Shown piece by piece: positions 23,663 through 34,546 of a DNA stretch of 64,000 bases; the first letter of the stretch is position 1; every line of letters starts with the position of its first letter. This DNA is from an uncultured virus (IMG/VR IMGVR_UViG_3300029288_000157) (Duplodnaviria; Heunggongvirae; Uroviricota; Caudoviricetes). The translations under genes were made by a program, and so were the position numbers. The stretch is taken from the IMG/VR virus record IMGVR_UViG_3300029288_000157, one strand, 5' to 3'. Under the pieces are notes generated by a model. The model ran no database searches. It saw only the letters and a list, made by a program, of their open reading frames with translations, and was not told the DNA's origin.

Positions 23663-23968
23663 ATGACAACAACACTACATTTGTGCAACCACTGCGCACA
23701 CAACCGGCTTGGCGTCTGCTCTGAAACAGGAGCCTCGCCGATCATAACCGAAGACGCTCTTGAATACCTGACCCTCTCATGCCCCGACTTCATCCAACGC
23801 ACTTTCCCATACTGCCCCCACTGCGGCACACCATTCACCTTGGCTAATGAAGTCGTCGATCCAGATGGCGAGGACAGTTACTTGGAAGAGAACCTGGGGT
23901 CTGATGGGCTAATTGGATTCACGTGCTTGAACTGCGGAGAGTTAGTATTAATAGAGGAAATGAAATGA
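23663..23968 (+). CDS. Cys-rich double Zn-ribbon protein (paralog of 14460..14780)
   Basis: GGAG RBS; same Cys pattern as 14460..14780. Confidence 0.7.
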   Translation: MTTTLHLCNHCAHNRLGVCSETGASPIITEDALEYLTLSCPDFIQRTFPYCPHCGTPFTLANEVVDPDGEDSYLEENLGSDGLIGFTCLNCGELVLIEEMK

Positions 23969-24152
23969 CGTACAGAAAATTATATGAAGATGGACTTGGT
24001 CACAACTGCCATGATTACTTGAAGCCGCCGTGTTTTAAGTCGAAGTGTGACAAGTGCCCGTTCAGGAACATGTGTGAGAATGCTGAAAAGAAGTTCTTTG
24101 ACGGAGTGCCTTACTGGAATGGAGAAAGTTGGGTCACGGTGTGAATGATCAC

Positions 24153-24258
24153 AAACTTTATATGTTGGTAAATCGAACTGGTATGTGCACCACAGCAGAA
24201 AGAAAGGGTTTGAAAAGGGAAACGCAAGTTGCCCTTTCCTTTCAATTTGTTGACACCG
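24153..24258 (-). promoter_or_regulatory. Composite dispersed element, copy 4 (inverted)
   Basis: Reverse complement reads CGGTGTCAACAAATTGAAAGG...hairpin...GTGCACATAC...CCAACATATAAAG. Confidence 0.85.
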
Positions 24259-24329
24259 TCTGCCGAACCTCATTTTGGCCGCCGATTTTAGAAACATTTA
24301 AATACCACCGCGTTCTAGTATATAAACAT

Positions 24330-24653
24330 ATGTGCCCTGTTTCGAAGTGGGAAATTTATGAATACCTGGAGGCCCAGAAGGATGCGATTGATGCCGAGGC
24401 TTCTAAACACAAGAGCAACAAAGTGCGCCAATTTATCAGGGATTTTAAGCAACAGCATGCCCTGAACGAGGCCGCCGTAGATACAATGTATGCCGAGTTT
24501 TGCGGCGCGCACCCGGAGGTTCCCATGAAGGACACTTACTTCCGCACCATTTGCGAAAAAACTTGGGAAACCCACGTCGTCACCCACCTCGTCGATGGCA
24601 AGAACGTGCGCACCGTCATGATCAACCTCAACAAGGAGAAGCGCAAGACTTAA
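24330..24653 (+). CDS. Hypothetical protein (possible DNA-binding)
   Basis: ATG 24330 downstream of TTTAAATAC; GC/CpG-richer codons than the flanks. Confidence 0.6.
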   Translation: MCPVSKWEIYEYLEAQKDAIDAEASKHKSNKVRQFIRDFKQQHALNEAAVDTMYAEFCGAHPEVPMKDTYFRTICEKTWETHVVTHLVDGKNVRTVMINLNKEKRKT

Positions 24654-24680
24654 ATACTTCTCAACCAAAACGTTTATATA

Positions 24681-25079
24681 ATGTTAGACGGCTATGATCA
24701 ATCTGCGTGCGGCTTCTGCGAGAATTTTACCTTTTCTGACGAGTTCCCCACCACGGGGCTGTGTTCACGGGAGGGCGCGCGGTATCTAATCGACCCGACG
24801 TGCTTTTGGTTCAAGGTATCAACGCGCAACAAGTTCCTCTATCACTGGTTCTTCGAGTGGGACGAAAACTTCATGTACCTCACCAGCGACTTCACCGACG
24901 TCTTCGGCATCTCACGCCACTTGTCGCGCCACTACCTGCTCAATATCCTGACCTACAACGAGGCCAAGGTCTTTCGGATAATCATTAGCAACACCGGTTA
25001 CTATATGAAGCGCACCAACTTCGACGTCGAGCAAATGAGCCGGTATGCAAAGTATAAATTAGTCAAGATGACGACGTGA
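24681..25079 (+). CDS. Hypothetical protein with N-terminal Cys motif and possible HTH
   Basis: TTAAATAC about 30 bp upstream of the ATG; CGFC...C...C. Confidence 0.6.
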   Translation: MLDGYDQSACGFCENFTFSDEFPTTGLCSREGARYLIDPTCFWFKVSTRNKFLYHWFFEWDENFMYLTSDFTDVFGISRHLSRHYLLNILTYNEAKVFRIIISNTGYYMKRTNFDVEQMSRYAKYKLVKMTT

Positions 25080-25208
25080 TAAAATGATCCCATACTTTTA
25101 CGAAATCAACTTGGTATTCAGTATGATTTACACAGTTATACTAATTGCCGGAGCAATATACTTGGTGCGAACAATGTTCAGAAAACGCGGCCCATAATGC
25201 GCAGGAAA

Positions 25209-25310
25209 CGGCGTCAACAAAAGAAAAAAGGAAAGTGCCAAGTTGCATACTTCCCTTTTCCCCTTTGTCTGGGGGCACATACATATTAGTTCCTAACACT
25301 ATTTAAACCT
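25209..25310 (+). promoter_or_regulatory. Composite dispersed element, copy 5
   Basis: CGGCGTCAACAAA (25209), hairpin, GGGCACAT (25273), TTTAAA (25302). Confidence 0.85.
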
Positions 25311-25702
25311 ATTGTTACAAGGAGCGTAGCGACTTTACAATACATTTATATCTGTAAAAAGCACACGTATAGATGGCAAAAGCCAACACGCCATACCAAA
25401 ATCTGCAATTAACCTTACGGTAAATACAGATTTTGAGGAAACCAGAAAGAAAGAGAATTTATGGAAGAAAAACAAGAAGTGTATAGACCACGAATACGGG
25501 TTGAAACATTACCAGATAGTGAACCTAATTATGCGTGTAGATTCAACACTCGCATATATTTGGATGATAACCCCATGCAAGTCAAGTATTTTAAAATGGA
25601 ATTGTCTAGTTCGAATGTTTATGAAGTTACTATGACCTTTATTCCAAAGGATGTTAATGTTAACTTGATGGATTCGAAAATAAATGTAAAAGAGTAAGTA
25701 AA

Positions 25703-26815
25703 ATGAAAGAGAAATTCGAAGAGATAGCAGAGCGCTACAAAATTACCCTAGAAGATGTGCAGAAGGAATACGCCAGTTTTGCGGCAAAGGTAAAGCCGAT
25801 TATGGAGCGGGACTATCCTGATGCCGTAGTTGAAAAGACCAATGAGTATTTCGTCCAGAATGTAGGCAAGATCTTTAAGCCTGATGCATACACTACTGCA
25901 CTGAAGCGCGAGAAAGATGGAACGGCTCTTGGAGTCATTGGCACTATCGTCAGTATTTCCCCGCCAAATGATCAGAACTCCTTTGAGAAAGATATTCGTC
26001 GTAAGTTTTATAATAAAAATCCAGATGCTGCGGTTACTGGTGGAATTGTTCGAGAAGGGGTTAATAAGAATGGTGAACGGTATCCAATTCCTACTCATAG
26101 CAAGTATAAGTTAAACAACAAGTTAGAACCAGTGCTTGATGATAATGGAGAAAAGATTCTTGATGATAAGTGCGGAGAAGACTTTACTAAATTCCTAATG
26201 ACGAAGATGCTATTCTTTGCCACCAAGGAATCATGTGGTGAAAAGGATGATGGGTGGAAACTACTTTATGCATCGTTGCCATACAACGAAGAAGCGAAGA
26301 CAGATAGAGTTCCAGGAATTATGCGCAAATCTAAATTAATTGGAACTATTACCAAGCAGCCTTATTTGAATGTTCTCCGGGATGCATATGCGGATCAGGG
26401 ATTTATCAAGCCAGACGAAGTAGATATTTGGACGCTTGCAAGTCAGTTTCTTCCAAAAGAGAAATCCTATATTGGGTTAGATCAGGTTGAAGATCTTGCA
26501 TCTTATAATATGTGGATTGCGCGCGTTAATATTGTCAATATATATGATAAACAGGAAGGAAAAGTAACCATTGAAATGAACAGTGACGACGTAGTGGGAG
26601 GAGTTAGAGCATCATCCCGTAACCCAAAGATTGTGGACTATGTAAGAGGTTATGTTGATGTTAACCGGGAAGCATATGTTATTGCAATGCGTAAGGGCTT
26701 TACTAACAAGGAAAATGAATACGTTCTGTACAACGAACTCATTGGGATTATACCATCCACCGAAGTTGACTCAACCGAAGACGAGATCATGAAGATGCTA
26801 TCAGGTGGCAACTGA
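25703..26815 (+). CDS. Putative single-stranded DNA-binding (OB-fold-like) protein
   Basis: 370 aa, beta-rich segments, acidic C-terminal tail, first large gene of the Sak4/nuclease/PolB module; function inferred from context. Confidence 0.4.
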   Translation: MKEKFEEIAERYKITLEDVQKEYASFAAKVKPIMERDYPDAVVEKTNEYFVQNVGKIFKPDAYTTALKREKDGTALGVIGTIVSISPPNDQNSFEKDIRRKFYNKNPDAAVTGGIVREGVNKNGERYPIPTHSKYKLNNKLEPVLDDNGEKILDDKCGEDFTKFLMTKMLFFATKESCGEKDDGWKLLYASLPYNEEAKTDRVPGIMRKSKLIGTITKQPYLNVLRDAYADQGFIKPDEVDIWTLASQFLPKEKSYIGLDQVEDLASYNMWIARVNIVNIYDKQEGKVTIEMNSDDVVGGVRASSRNPKIVDYVRGYVDVNREAYVIAMRKGFTNKENEYVLYNELIGIIPSTEVDSTEDEIMKMLSGGN

Positions 26816-27176
26816 TTTTCATTAATTTTTAGGAGCGAATTATGATAGCAAAATGTGGAAAGTGTCAGTACCGCAGTGCAAATCTTGGATTTGAAATAAA
26901 GGGAAAACTCACGCGGTGCCTGTTTTGGCCTGGCGATCCTATTAGGAAAGAGAAGGACTTTGATAAGTGTGGCCAGTTCATTGAAGGAGATCCAAAATTC
27001 ATGGACGATGCTGAATACAAGGCATGGACATCATACTTTGGTGGTAATTTATCCGATCAAGCCGCTGTATTGATTGATGTTATTAACGATGGTAGCAAAA
27101 CTGTTACAGTTAACAACACTGTAAATGCAGCACCAGAAACTACGAGTAAACCACTAGTTAAGGGGAAGGGTAAAGC

Positions 27177-28007
27177 ATGAACTGGGATGAGACGCCGAAG
27201 GTAGTGGAGCCAGTGAAGGAGTTGTCGAAGGAGGAGATTGCGAAGCAGGAGAAGAAAGCGTTCAAGTTTGGGAAGGGTATTAAGCCTGCGCTGGAGATAC
27301 CGGAGTATAAGAGTAGTGTAATGGCTCTGTATGGGATGTTTCACGCCGGTAAGACTCATTTCGCTGCTACTGCTCCACTTCCTGTGATATTCATCGACAC
27401 AGAGCGGCGTTGTGACCGCATTATTAAGCGGATGCCAAAGGAACGTCAGAAAGAGATGTATGTGTTTGATATTCTTGAGTATGCCGAGGTTGGTAGTGGA
27501 GACATCGATTACGTTAAGATGCTCGACCGGTTCCAGACCGAGATAGTTTCCTTTGCCAACGATCTCAAGTCACAGACTGCAGATGGCGTCATTGGAACTA
27601 TTGTTGTGGACTCCATGAGTGACATTGTGCGGTGGTACGATCAATGGTTGAGACAGCAACCTGACATCAACATGAAGAAGATCCAGTTTGAGAAGGGGCG
27701 TTCAAAGACCGAGATTCGGCACGTCGTTGATATTTTCAAAATGACTGGATGGAATATCATTATGACGTTCAAGTCAAAGCAGGTATGGAGTGATGAAGGA
27801 GTGCCTCTTGATGCTTATAACCCGGAGTGGTCAAATGATCTTGGATACTCGTCTGACTTCATAGTTAATATCAAGAAGGTAGGTGATCGTCGTGAATATC
27901 TCCTGACGAAGAATGCATTTGGTTCCACCGACTTGCAAATTGAAGATGTGGATTGGGATGGGTTTCACAAAATCATACGTGACAACATCGTTCCTATTGG
28001 TGCCTAG
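27177..28007 (+). CDS. AAA_24/Sak4-like RecA-fold ATPase
   Basis: LYGMFHAGKT Walker A, FIDTE, TIVVDS Walker B. Confidence 0.8.
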   Translation: MNWDETPKVVEPVKELSKEEIAKQEKKAFKFGKGIKPALEIPEYKSSVMALYGMFHAGKTHFAATAPLPVIFIDTERRCDRIIKRMPKERQKEMYVFDILEYAEVGSGDIDYVKMLDRFQTEIVSFANDLKSQTADGVIGTIVVDSMSDIVRWYDQWLRQQPDINMKKIQFEKGRSKTEIRHVVDIFKMTGWNIIMTFKSKQVWSDEGVPLDAYNPEWSNDLGYSSDFIVNIKKVGDRREYLLTKNAFGSTDLQIEDVDWDGFHKIIRDNIVPIGA

Positions 28008-28832
28008 ATGGAAGAACTGATGACGATGACGGAGGAGGACTACAAGGCCAAACTGTTGGCTCTTAAACTCTTCCCCTTGTCAAAGTCCAAGGTCTCTTCT
28101 TACAAATTCTGCCCGTGGCAGTTCGCCCTTCGGTACATCAAGAAGGTGCCCAGTGAACAGAACTTCAAGATGGTCATAGGCATTCGGTATCACCACTTCA
28201 TGGAAAAGTTCTTTGACTACATCGACACAACAAACGATTGGACTGAACTCATTCATGAAGATTACACACCATTCGAACGTGGCCTCCTGTCGTGGTCTAT
28301 TAGTATGGAGTACGCCCGCTACGTCATCTACTGCAACGCTAACCACGAAGATCTCTATAAGCCATTCATTCGCGAAATAGACTTCTATAACACGCCCCTT
28401 GACATCCACGGCATCATAGATCGTAGTGATCATATCATTCCTGAAATCATCCCATACATGGAAGGCGAAATCTCCAATCGTGAAAAGAACGGTCTCTTAA
28501 AGAAGTTGGCAGCAGGCAAGAAACTTCTCTGTATAACCGAGTACAAAACGGGTGATAGTTTCTTTGAGAAGGGACTTAAAGAAGAGATCAGTCTCTATAA
28601 ACAGTGCTTCTTGGGAGATCCCAGGTTCAGTGATTACGAAGTGGGTTGCGGTTGTGTAATAAACCCCAAACTCAAGAAGATTCATTACATGAGCCTTGAG
28701 CGGGACGAGACTACCATGGCAAAGATTGAGACTGTAAAAGAGAACATCAGGCAACGTGTATTCCCAAAGACCTGCTCTTATGGAAAATACGAGGCTTGTA
28801 AACTATGTGAATATGGAGAGACAGGACTTTAA
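28008..28832 (+). CDS. PD-(D/E)XK Cas4/RecB-like nuclease
   Basis: LSKSK...CPWQF, G..YH, HGIIDR, EYKTG, C-terminal Cys cluster. Confidence 0.85.
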   Translation: MEELMTMTEEDYKAKLLALKLFPLSKSKVSSYKFCPWQFALRYIKKVPSEQNFKMVIGIRYHHFMEKFFDYIDTTNDWTELIHEDYTPFERGLLSWSISMEYARYVIYCNANHEDLYKPFIREIDFYNTPLDIHGIIDRSDHIIPEIIPYMEGEISNREKNGLLKKLAAGKKLLCITEYKTGDSFFEKGLKEEISLYKQCFLGDPRFSDYEVGCGCVINPKLKKIHYMSLERDETTMAKIETVKENIRQRVFPKTCSYGKYEACKLCEYGETGL

Positions 28833-28833
28833 A

Positions 28834-29748
28834 ATGAAGTGTTTTTATCATAATGACCCAGATGGCTGGTGTTCAGCCTTCTGGGTAAGAAAGTATTGTG
28901 AAAAGCAAGGAATTCCATTCACACGTGAAGATTTTATAGAAGTGAATTATGACTCTGGTTGGTTAGTAGATAAAGTTGAACAAGGAGAAACAGTGTTCAT
29001 GGTTGATTTTAGTGTTGAACCAGAACAAATGATACTATTTACTACCAATACGGATTTTATATGGATCGACCACCATATTTCAGCCATAGAAAAAATGGAG
29101 AAATACAAAGGCGCATACGAATTTAAAGGAATACGTGATACCAATTATGCGGCATGTGCATTAACGTGGTTATATTTTAATTGGGATTTAGATTATTCGT
29201 ATTGCGAATATGATTTTCCTGAATTTACAAGGCTTATTTATCTATGGGATTCTTGGGAATGGAAAAAACTTGATGAATTTGACCAGGTTGAAGTAGAAGC
29301 ATTTATTGTAGGGTTACAAGCAAGAGATACTCATCCGTGTTCGGTGGAATGGGATAGATTAAACGATCCAGTTAAAGAAGAAAAATTAACCCGTGGGAAA
29401 ATTCATGTGTTATCCATCGTGTCGTCTGGCCAGGATATGTTAGCATTCAGAGATGGATATGCAAAATCCTTATGTTCAACAATAGGAAAAGTGGTTGATT
29501 TTGAAGGTTACAAATGTTTTGCCTGTAACATTCCGAAGCCAAACTCTGAATGGTTTAAATCAGTTGATGCTTCATTATATGATATCATGATGCCATTTTA
29601 TTACAACATGAATACAGAACAATTTATTGTGTCACTTTATACTACAAATCCAGATATAAACGTTGCAAAAATAGCAGAAAAGCATGGTGGTGGAGGACAT
29701 AATGGTGCTGCTGGATTTCAATGTAAGGATTTGCCGTGGAGAACATGA
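28834..29748 (+). CDS. DHH/DHHA1 phosphoesterase
   Basis: YHNDPDG, MVDFS, WIDHH, GGGGHNGAAGF. Confidence 0.92.
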   Translation: MKCFYHNDPDGWCSAFWVRKYCEKQGIPFTREDFIEVNYDSGWLVDKVEQGETVFMVDFSVEPEQMILFTTNTDFIWIDHHISAIEKMEKYKGAYEFKGIRDTNYAACALTWLYFNWDLDYSYCEYDFPEFTRLIYLWDSWEWKKLDEFDQVEVEAFIVGLQARDTHPCSVEWDRLNDPVKEEKLTRGKIHVLSIVSSGQDMLAFRDGYAKSLCSTIGKVVDFEGYKCFACNIPKPNSEWFKSVDASLYDIMMPFYYNMNTEQFIVSLYTTNPDINVAKIAEKHGGGGHNGAAGFQCKDLPWRT

Positions 29749-30028
29749 TGGCAGCGAATAATGAAGAGCCAACCGCAACAGTAAACTACGTAACCAATGT
29801 AGTAACTCACAATAACGCCAAGGACATTGGATGGATGATGATTTTTATTGGGATCATTATGCAGTGTGTGATGTTCCTGTTTAATGCAATGTATAAATTG
29901 AATTTGGACTTATGGCAGTTGTTGTTCCCGGTCATTGTCTTGGCCGTGTTTTTGTGCGCACCACTGTTGAACAATCTGACTAAAAGATAACTTCTCTTTT
30001 TAGTGTTTGTTTTTAATTCGGAGGGTGT

Positions 30029-32824
30029 ATGAGTGAGAAACATTATTGGGTGCTAGAAGAAGCCACCTACCAGGTCACTGATGGGAAACCTGAAATCATT
30101 CTTTTTGGGCGCAGTTATGAAGACAAGTTTAAGACTGCGGTGCATGTGGTGAAGGGTTTCAAACCGTACTTTTATGCCCCGGCTCATGAGAGGCATTACG
30201 ATCATTTGATTACGCATTATGGCCCTGACGTGGAGATCGATGCACTTGGCAGGGAAGTCAGGAAGTGTTACACGAGGATTCCAAAGGATGTTAAGGCTGT
30301 CAGGGACAAGTTTGAGTTCACTGACATGGCAGACTTCCTGTTTGAGAAGAGATATCTTGTGGATGCGGGCATTAAGTATGCGTATGAGTGGGATGCGAAG
30401 CGTGGAATAGCGACTCCGGTTGACGTGCCAAGTATTCTGATGCCTAGGATTGTTTACTTTGATATTGAAGTGCTAGCCCCGGAATCTATTTTGCCGCTGC
30501 CTTTTAACCCTGATTACCCTGTTGTGTCAATCCAAGTCATGGACAGTTACACCAAGAAGATTGTAGTGTTCACCAATGGGTTGCCATGTCAGTGTGCTGA
30601 AGATCATATGGAGTGTGGTAGTGAAGCGAAGTTGTTTAAGGCGTTTCAAAGTTACTTGAAGGTAATTGATCCTGATATTATCAGTGGTTGGAATATAAGT
30701 GCCTACGACGTGCCTTATTTGATAAAACGAGCGCAATTAATAGGTGTTTCCATTTCAGGTCTGGGTAGATGGGGCAAGCCGTATGCTGAATTTACTACTC
30801 GTGATAATAAGAGTGCTTGGAGTATCAAAGTCAAGGGTCGATCAACGTTGGATATGATTGATGCGTATAAGAAACTCATGATCATGAAAGGTCAAAAGGA
30901 GTCGTATGCATTGAAAGAGATTTCCAAAGAGTATGGGTTTGAGTATATTGACTATGGTGCCAAGCTACAGAGGCTGTTTGATAATGGTGATTGGGACACA
31001 TTTCTTCAGTACTGTAGGAACGATGTTATTTCCTTGGAGAATATTGACAACCATCCTGATGTAATACTTTTCGAGTTTTACGAGTATATCAGGATGATTT
31101 GTGGAACTCGTATTGACGACACGTTATATAATTCAAAATTAATTGAAATGTATCTTCTGCATCATGGTATTAAGCCGATGCCAACAAAACGCTATGGTGG
31201 TGAGCCAAAGAAGAAGTATGAAGGTGCCTACGTGATGTCTCCTCCACCAGGGGTGCATCAACAAGTGGGTATGGTTGATTTGGCAGCACTGTATCCCACG
31301 ATCATGAGGGCATATCCAAATGAGACGTGCCCTGATATCGACTTGAAGATTATCGAGATGATTAACACATTTGTCGATGAGAGAGAAGCGTTAAGAGAAT
31401 TGAGAAAGTCTGGTGATGATTCAAGTGGCACTGCTGTGAGAGAGTATGCATATAAAGTTTTGGCTAATAGTGTGTATGGAGTAGTGGGGTCGCCTAATTT
31501 CAGGTTGTTCAAACGAGAGTGCGCTGAATTTGTCACTTCGACTGGCAGGAATATTATCCATTATATACATGAACAATTAACTGATAAGTATATGAAAACC
31601 GTAATATATGGAGACAGTGTAACAGGGGATTCTATTGTTGAAGTGTATGATGACGAATTTGATTTGAGAGCAGTAAAGATAGAGGATTTATTTACTAAAG
31701 TTGATTATAAAAATGGTGATAAAGAATATTGTAATCTTGAAAATGTATTTACAGATTCTATTGATGATAATAAACGAGTAATTACAGAACGAGTTATGTA
31801 TATTATGCGACATTTAACTGATAAACAATTATACATGGTTATATTAGCAAGTGGTAATTCTATTGTAGTTACGGAAGATCATTCAATATATGTATATCGT
31901 CCAAATAAAGGAATTGTAGAAACAGTAGAGTCTAAAAAACTTAAAGGTAAATATGTAATTTATAAATATGGCAGCGGTGCAATTCAAATATCAAAGGTAG
32001 TTAATTTGAAAAAACTTGGCAGAACTACCAATTATGTATATGATTTAAGTAATGAAACTCACCATAGATATTTTGCAAATAATATACTTGTGTCAAATAC
32101 GGATAGTTCAGCCTTTAATTCTATTTCTAATCCAAAAGAAGGTTTAGAAATACAAGACAGTCTTAATCAAGATCTTCTATCTTGGAGCAACGAGCATAAT
32201 GCAAAAGTTCCATTCTCTCTTAAATTTGAAAAACTCTATCGAACTCTCCTATTTAAAAAAGGCAGCACTGGCAAAGATGTAGCAAAGAAGAAGTATTGTG
32301 GACATTTGCTTTGGGAAGAAGGTGTTGTAAAAAACGAACTCAACTTCAAGGGGTTGGAACTCAAGCGTTCTGATCAATCTCGTGTTACAAAGACCTGTCT
32401 TTACAAGTTCCTAGATCTTGTTTTAATGGAAGTAAAAGTGCCAGAGGCCATTAATTACGTTCACGAAATCTACAAAAAATCCCTAGCAGGAGACCTCCAT
32501 TACCGCGATGCATCAATTCCAAAGATGATCCGCTCCGTTGGTAACAAATCTCCTCACGCACGCGGCATCGAGAACACCAAAACCTACTACCACTATAACA
32601 TTCCTGATGGCGTCAAGCCCCGGCTCCTCTACCTCAAAGGCTCGGTCAAGGAAATCTGTATCGACGACGAATTTGAACTCGATCCTGTGACAGTTGAGAA
32701 CATAGACTGGGAGCAAATGACCGAATCAAATATAACCAAGAAGATGAAGAGTTATATAGAGAGTTTGGGGTATAAATGGGACGTTGTGATCCATGGGCAG
32801 ACTAGCCTTGATAGATTCCGGTGA
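30029..32824 (+). CDS. polB: Family B DNA polymerase with mini-intein and C-terminal PIP box
   Basis: FDIE, GWN...YD, YCRND, DLAALYP, KVLANSVYG, YGD-[intein]-TDS, KKKY, QTSLDRF. Confidence 0.97.
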   Translation: MSEKHYWVLEEATYQVTDGKPEIILFGRSYEDKFKTAVHVVKGFKPYFYAPAHERHYDHLITHYGPDVEIDALGREVRKCYTRIPKDVKAVRDKFEFTDMADFLFEKRYLVDAGIKYAYEWDAKRGIATPVDVPSILMPRIVYFDIEVLAPESILPLPFNPDYPVVSIQVMDSYTKKIVVFTNGLPCQCAEDHMECGSEAKLFKAFQSYLKVIDPDIISGWNISAYDVPYLIKRAQLIGVSISGLGRWGKPYAEFTTRDNKSAWSIKVKGRSTLDMIDAYKKLMIMKGQKESYALKEISKEYGFEYIDYGAKLQRLFDNGDWDTFLQYCRNDVISLENIDNHPDVILFEFYEYIRMICGTRIDDTLYNSKLIEMYLLHHGIKPMPTKRYGGEPKKKYEGAYVMSPPPGVHQQVGMVDLAALYPTIMRAYPNETCPDIDLKIIEMINTFVDEREALRELRKSGDDSSGTAVREYAYKVLANSVYGVVGSPNFRLFKRECAEFVTSTGRNIIHYIHEQLTDKYMKTVIYGDSVTGDSIVEVYDDEFDLRAVKIEDLFTKVDYKNGDKEYCNLENVFTDSIDDNKRVITERVMYIMRHLTDKQLYMVILASGNSIVVTEDHSIYVYRPNKGIVETVESKKLKGKYVIYKYGSGAIQISKVVNLKKLGRTTNYVYDLSNETHHRYFANNILVSNTDSSAFNSISNPKEGLEIQDSLNQDLLSWSNEHNAKVPFSLKFEKLYRTLLFKKGSTGKDVAKKKYCGHLLWEEGVVKNELNFKGLELKRSDQSRVTKTCLYKFLDLVLMEVKVPEAINYVHEIYKKSLAGDLHYRDASIPKMIRSVGNKSPHARGIENTKTYYHYNIPDGVKPRLLYLKGSVKEICIDDEFELDPVTVENIDWEQMTESNITKKMKSYIESLGYKWDVVIHGQTSLDRFR
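31616..32098 (+). mobile_element. Mini-intein (161 aa, no homing endonuclease) in PolB motif C
   Basis: YGD|SVTGDS...VTEDHS...VYDL...FANNILVSN|TDS; more AT-rich than the extein. Confidence 0.92.
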
Positions 32825-32826
32825 GG

Positions 32827-32862
32827 TAAGGGGATGTTAACACTCCCCCTTAACCCCCTAGT
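32827..32862 (+). repeat. Dispersed hairpin element
   Basis: TAAGGGGATGT-TAAC-ACTCCCCCTTA, then ACCCCCTAGT and a purine tract, right after the polB stop. Confidence 0.8.
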
Positions 32863-33744
32863 CAGGAGAAGAAATGGTAAAGAGAAAGAAGGTAGAAGTT
32901 ATAGAAGAGATTATCGATCATTGGTGTAAGGATTGCAAACACGCTAACTTGGAAAAACATAAATGTGTAAAGTGCGATATTATATTGAACCAGAGATCAC
33001 ATTACAAATGTAGTTCGTACGAGAAGGAGGAAGAAAATGGGATTATTACGTAATTATTTCTATGGAAATGATGCAAATAAAACTGAAATAGCACCTAGTA
33101 GAAATATTCCAAAATATTCTGCAGAAGAATTATATTGTTTTGCTCAATTTGCATATTGTAAATCTTCTGCAAATGCTGATAATAGTAGATCTTTTAATGA
33201 TAATTTATTTCTGGTGTCATATGAGGATCACGGATCAGGATATTATTCTAGGTATGCAGTAGTGTATGACGCTTCTATTTCACCGAATTGGAAGGATTTT
33301 CCAGATGAGGCATTGTTTGTAGTTTATCGTGATAATGATGCTGAAAAAAAATATTCTGTGTATTTTTGTGATGAGTGTAATGATATGTGTAAGACAACTA
33401 TTATAAATGAATTAGTTAGGCTTGGTAGCATTGGGAAAGCAAAACGCGATTCAGAATTATTACAGATACAAATGATGGAACGCCAACGGGAATTACATAA
33501 TTCCAATAAAAGAAGGACTGCATGCGAATTGGTATGAGAAGGAGGAAATAATTTGACAGAAATAAACCTAAACGAAACAAAGCACCACTTGCACGACTAT
33601 TTCCAACATGGTATATTCCAACTCAAGGAGGCGCGGAATAACATACCCAACTACAACAGGAGCATTAACTACCAGTTGGTTAAGAGTGGGTTTTTAGAGA
33701 TTGCGCGGGTGAATAGATCACCAGCAAAGACAAAGACATACTAC

Positions 33745-33785
33745 AGGGTAAGGGAGAGATTACATTCTCCCCTCAACCCCTCTAG
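33745..33785 (+). repeat. Dispersed hairpin element, TAC triloop
   Basis: AAGGGAGAGAT-TAC-ATTCTCCCCT, then CAACCCCTCTAG. Confidence 0.75.
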
Positions 33786-34189
33786 TTTGGGAGATTAAGG
33801 ATGACTATTAAATGTAAACACTATCAAATAGATGAAGAGAATAGCCTCGATAGATGCAATATATTAAAAAATGAATTATATTTTGAATCAATTAAGTATT
33901 ATGATTCGAAGAAAGATGCGTGCGTATTTACTAAATCCATTGTATGCAAATACTATGAACCAAAAGAAGAAGAAAAATACGCCCTCTTTGCAGAAACGGT
34001 AACACTCATTCCAATTTGTGGAAGTAATGATGATTATTTTGGTTGTTTTGGGAATAATAAAGAAGTTAAAACACAAATCCAACTGACTGACCCGATGACT
34101 CTGGACGAACTGATTGACAAAGCGGCGCTGTGGATGAACTACGAAACCAGTTGGCTGAAGAACGTCGTTGTGAAGAAGGTAGAATCTAA

Positions 34190-34546
34190 ATGAGTTATGA
34201 CATCAGTCTCCTAGATCCTATCACCAAAGAAACTATCCAGTTAGACGAGCCGCATGATTTACGAGGTGGGACATATGCTCTGGGTGGAACAACTGAAGCG
34301 TGGCTGAATATAACTTACAATTATTCCAAGCATTATTTTAGATTATTTGGAGAGAAAGGAATCCGAACTATTTACGGCATGACAGGAAAAGAGTCGATTC
34401 CACTTTTATATAATGCAATTTTAAATCTGAAAGATGATGCTACTGATAATTATTGGGACGCAACTGAAGGTAATGCCAGACGAGCACTGATAGACTTGCA
34501 TGCCTTGGCTGTTATGCGGCCAGATGGGGTGTGGGACGGTGATTGA
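34190..34546 (+). CDS. Conserved phage-type hypothetical protein
   Basis: MSYDISL...NITYNY...G..I.GMTG.ES...YW..TEGNA...PDGVW.GD. Confidence 0.8.
   Translation: MSYDISLLDPITKETIQLDEPHDLRGGTYALGGTTEAWLNITYNYSKHYFRLFGEKGIRTIYGMTGKESIPLLYNAILNLKDDATDNYWDATEGNARRALIDLHALAVMRPDGVWDGD

Noticed and set aside
24129..24329. N-terminal extensions of ORFs 24129, 5812 and 1756
   Set aside because: The first two run through composite repeat elements and the third starts right at an element's TATA box. Better starts with an RBS or TATA box exist at 24330, 5959 and 1837.
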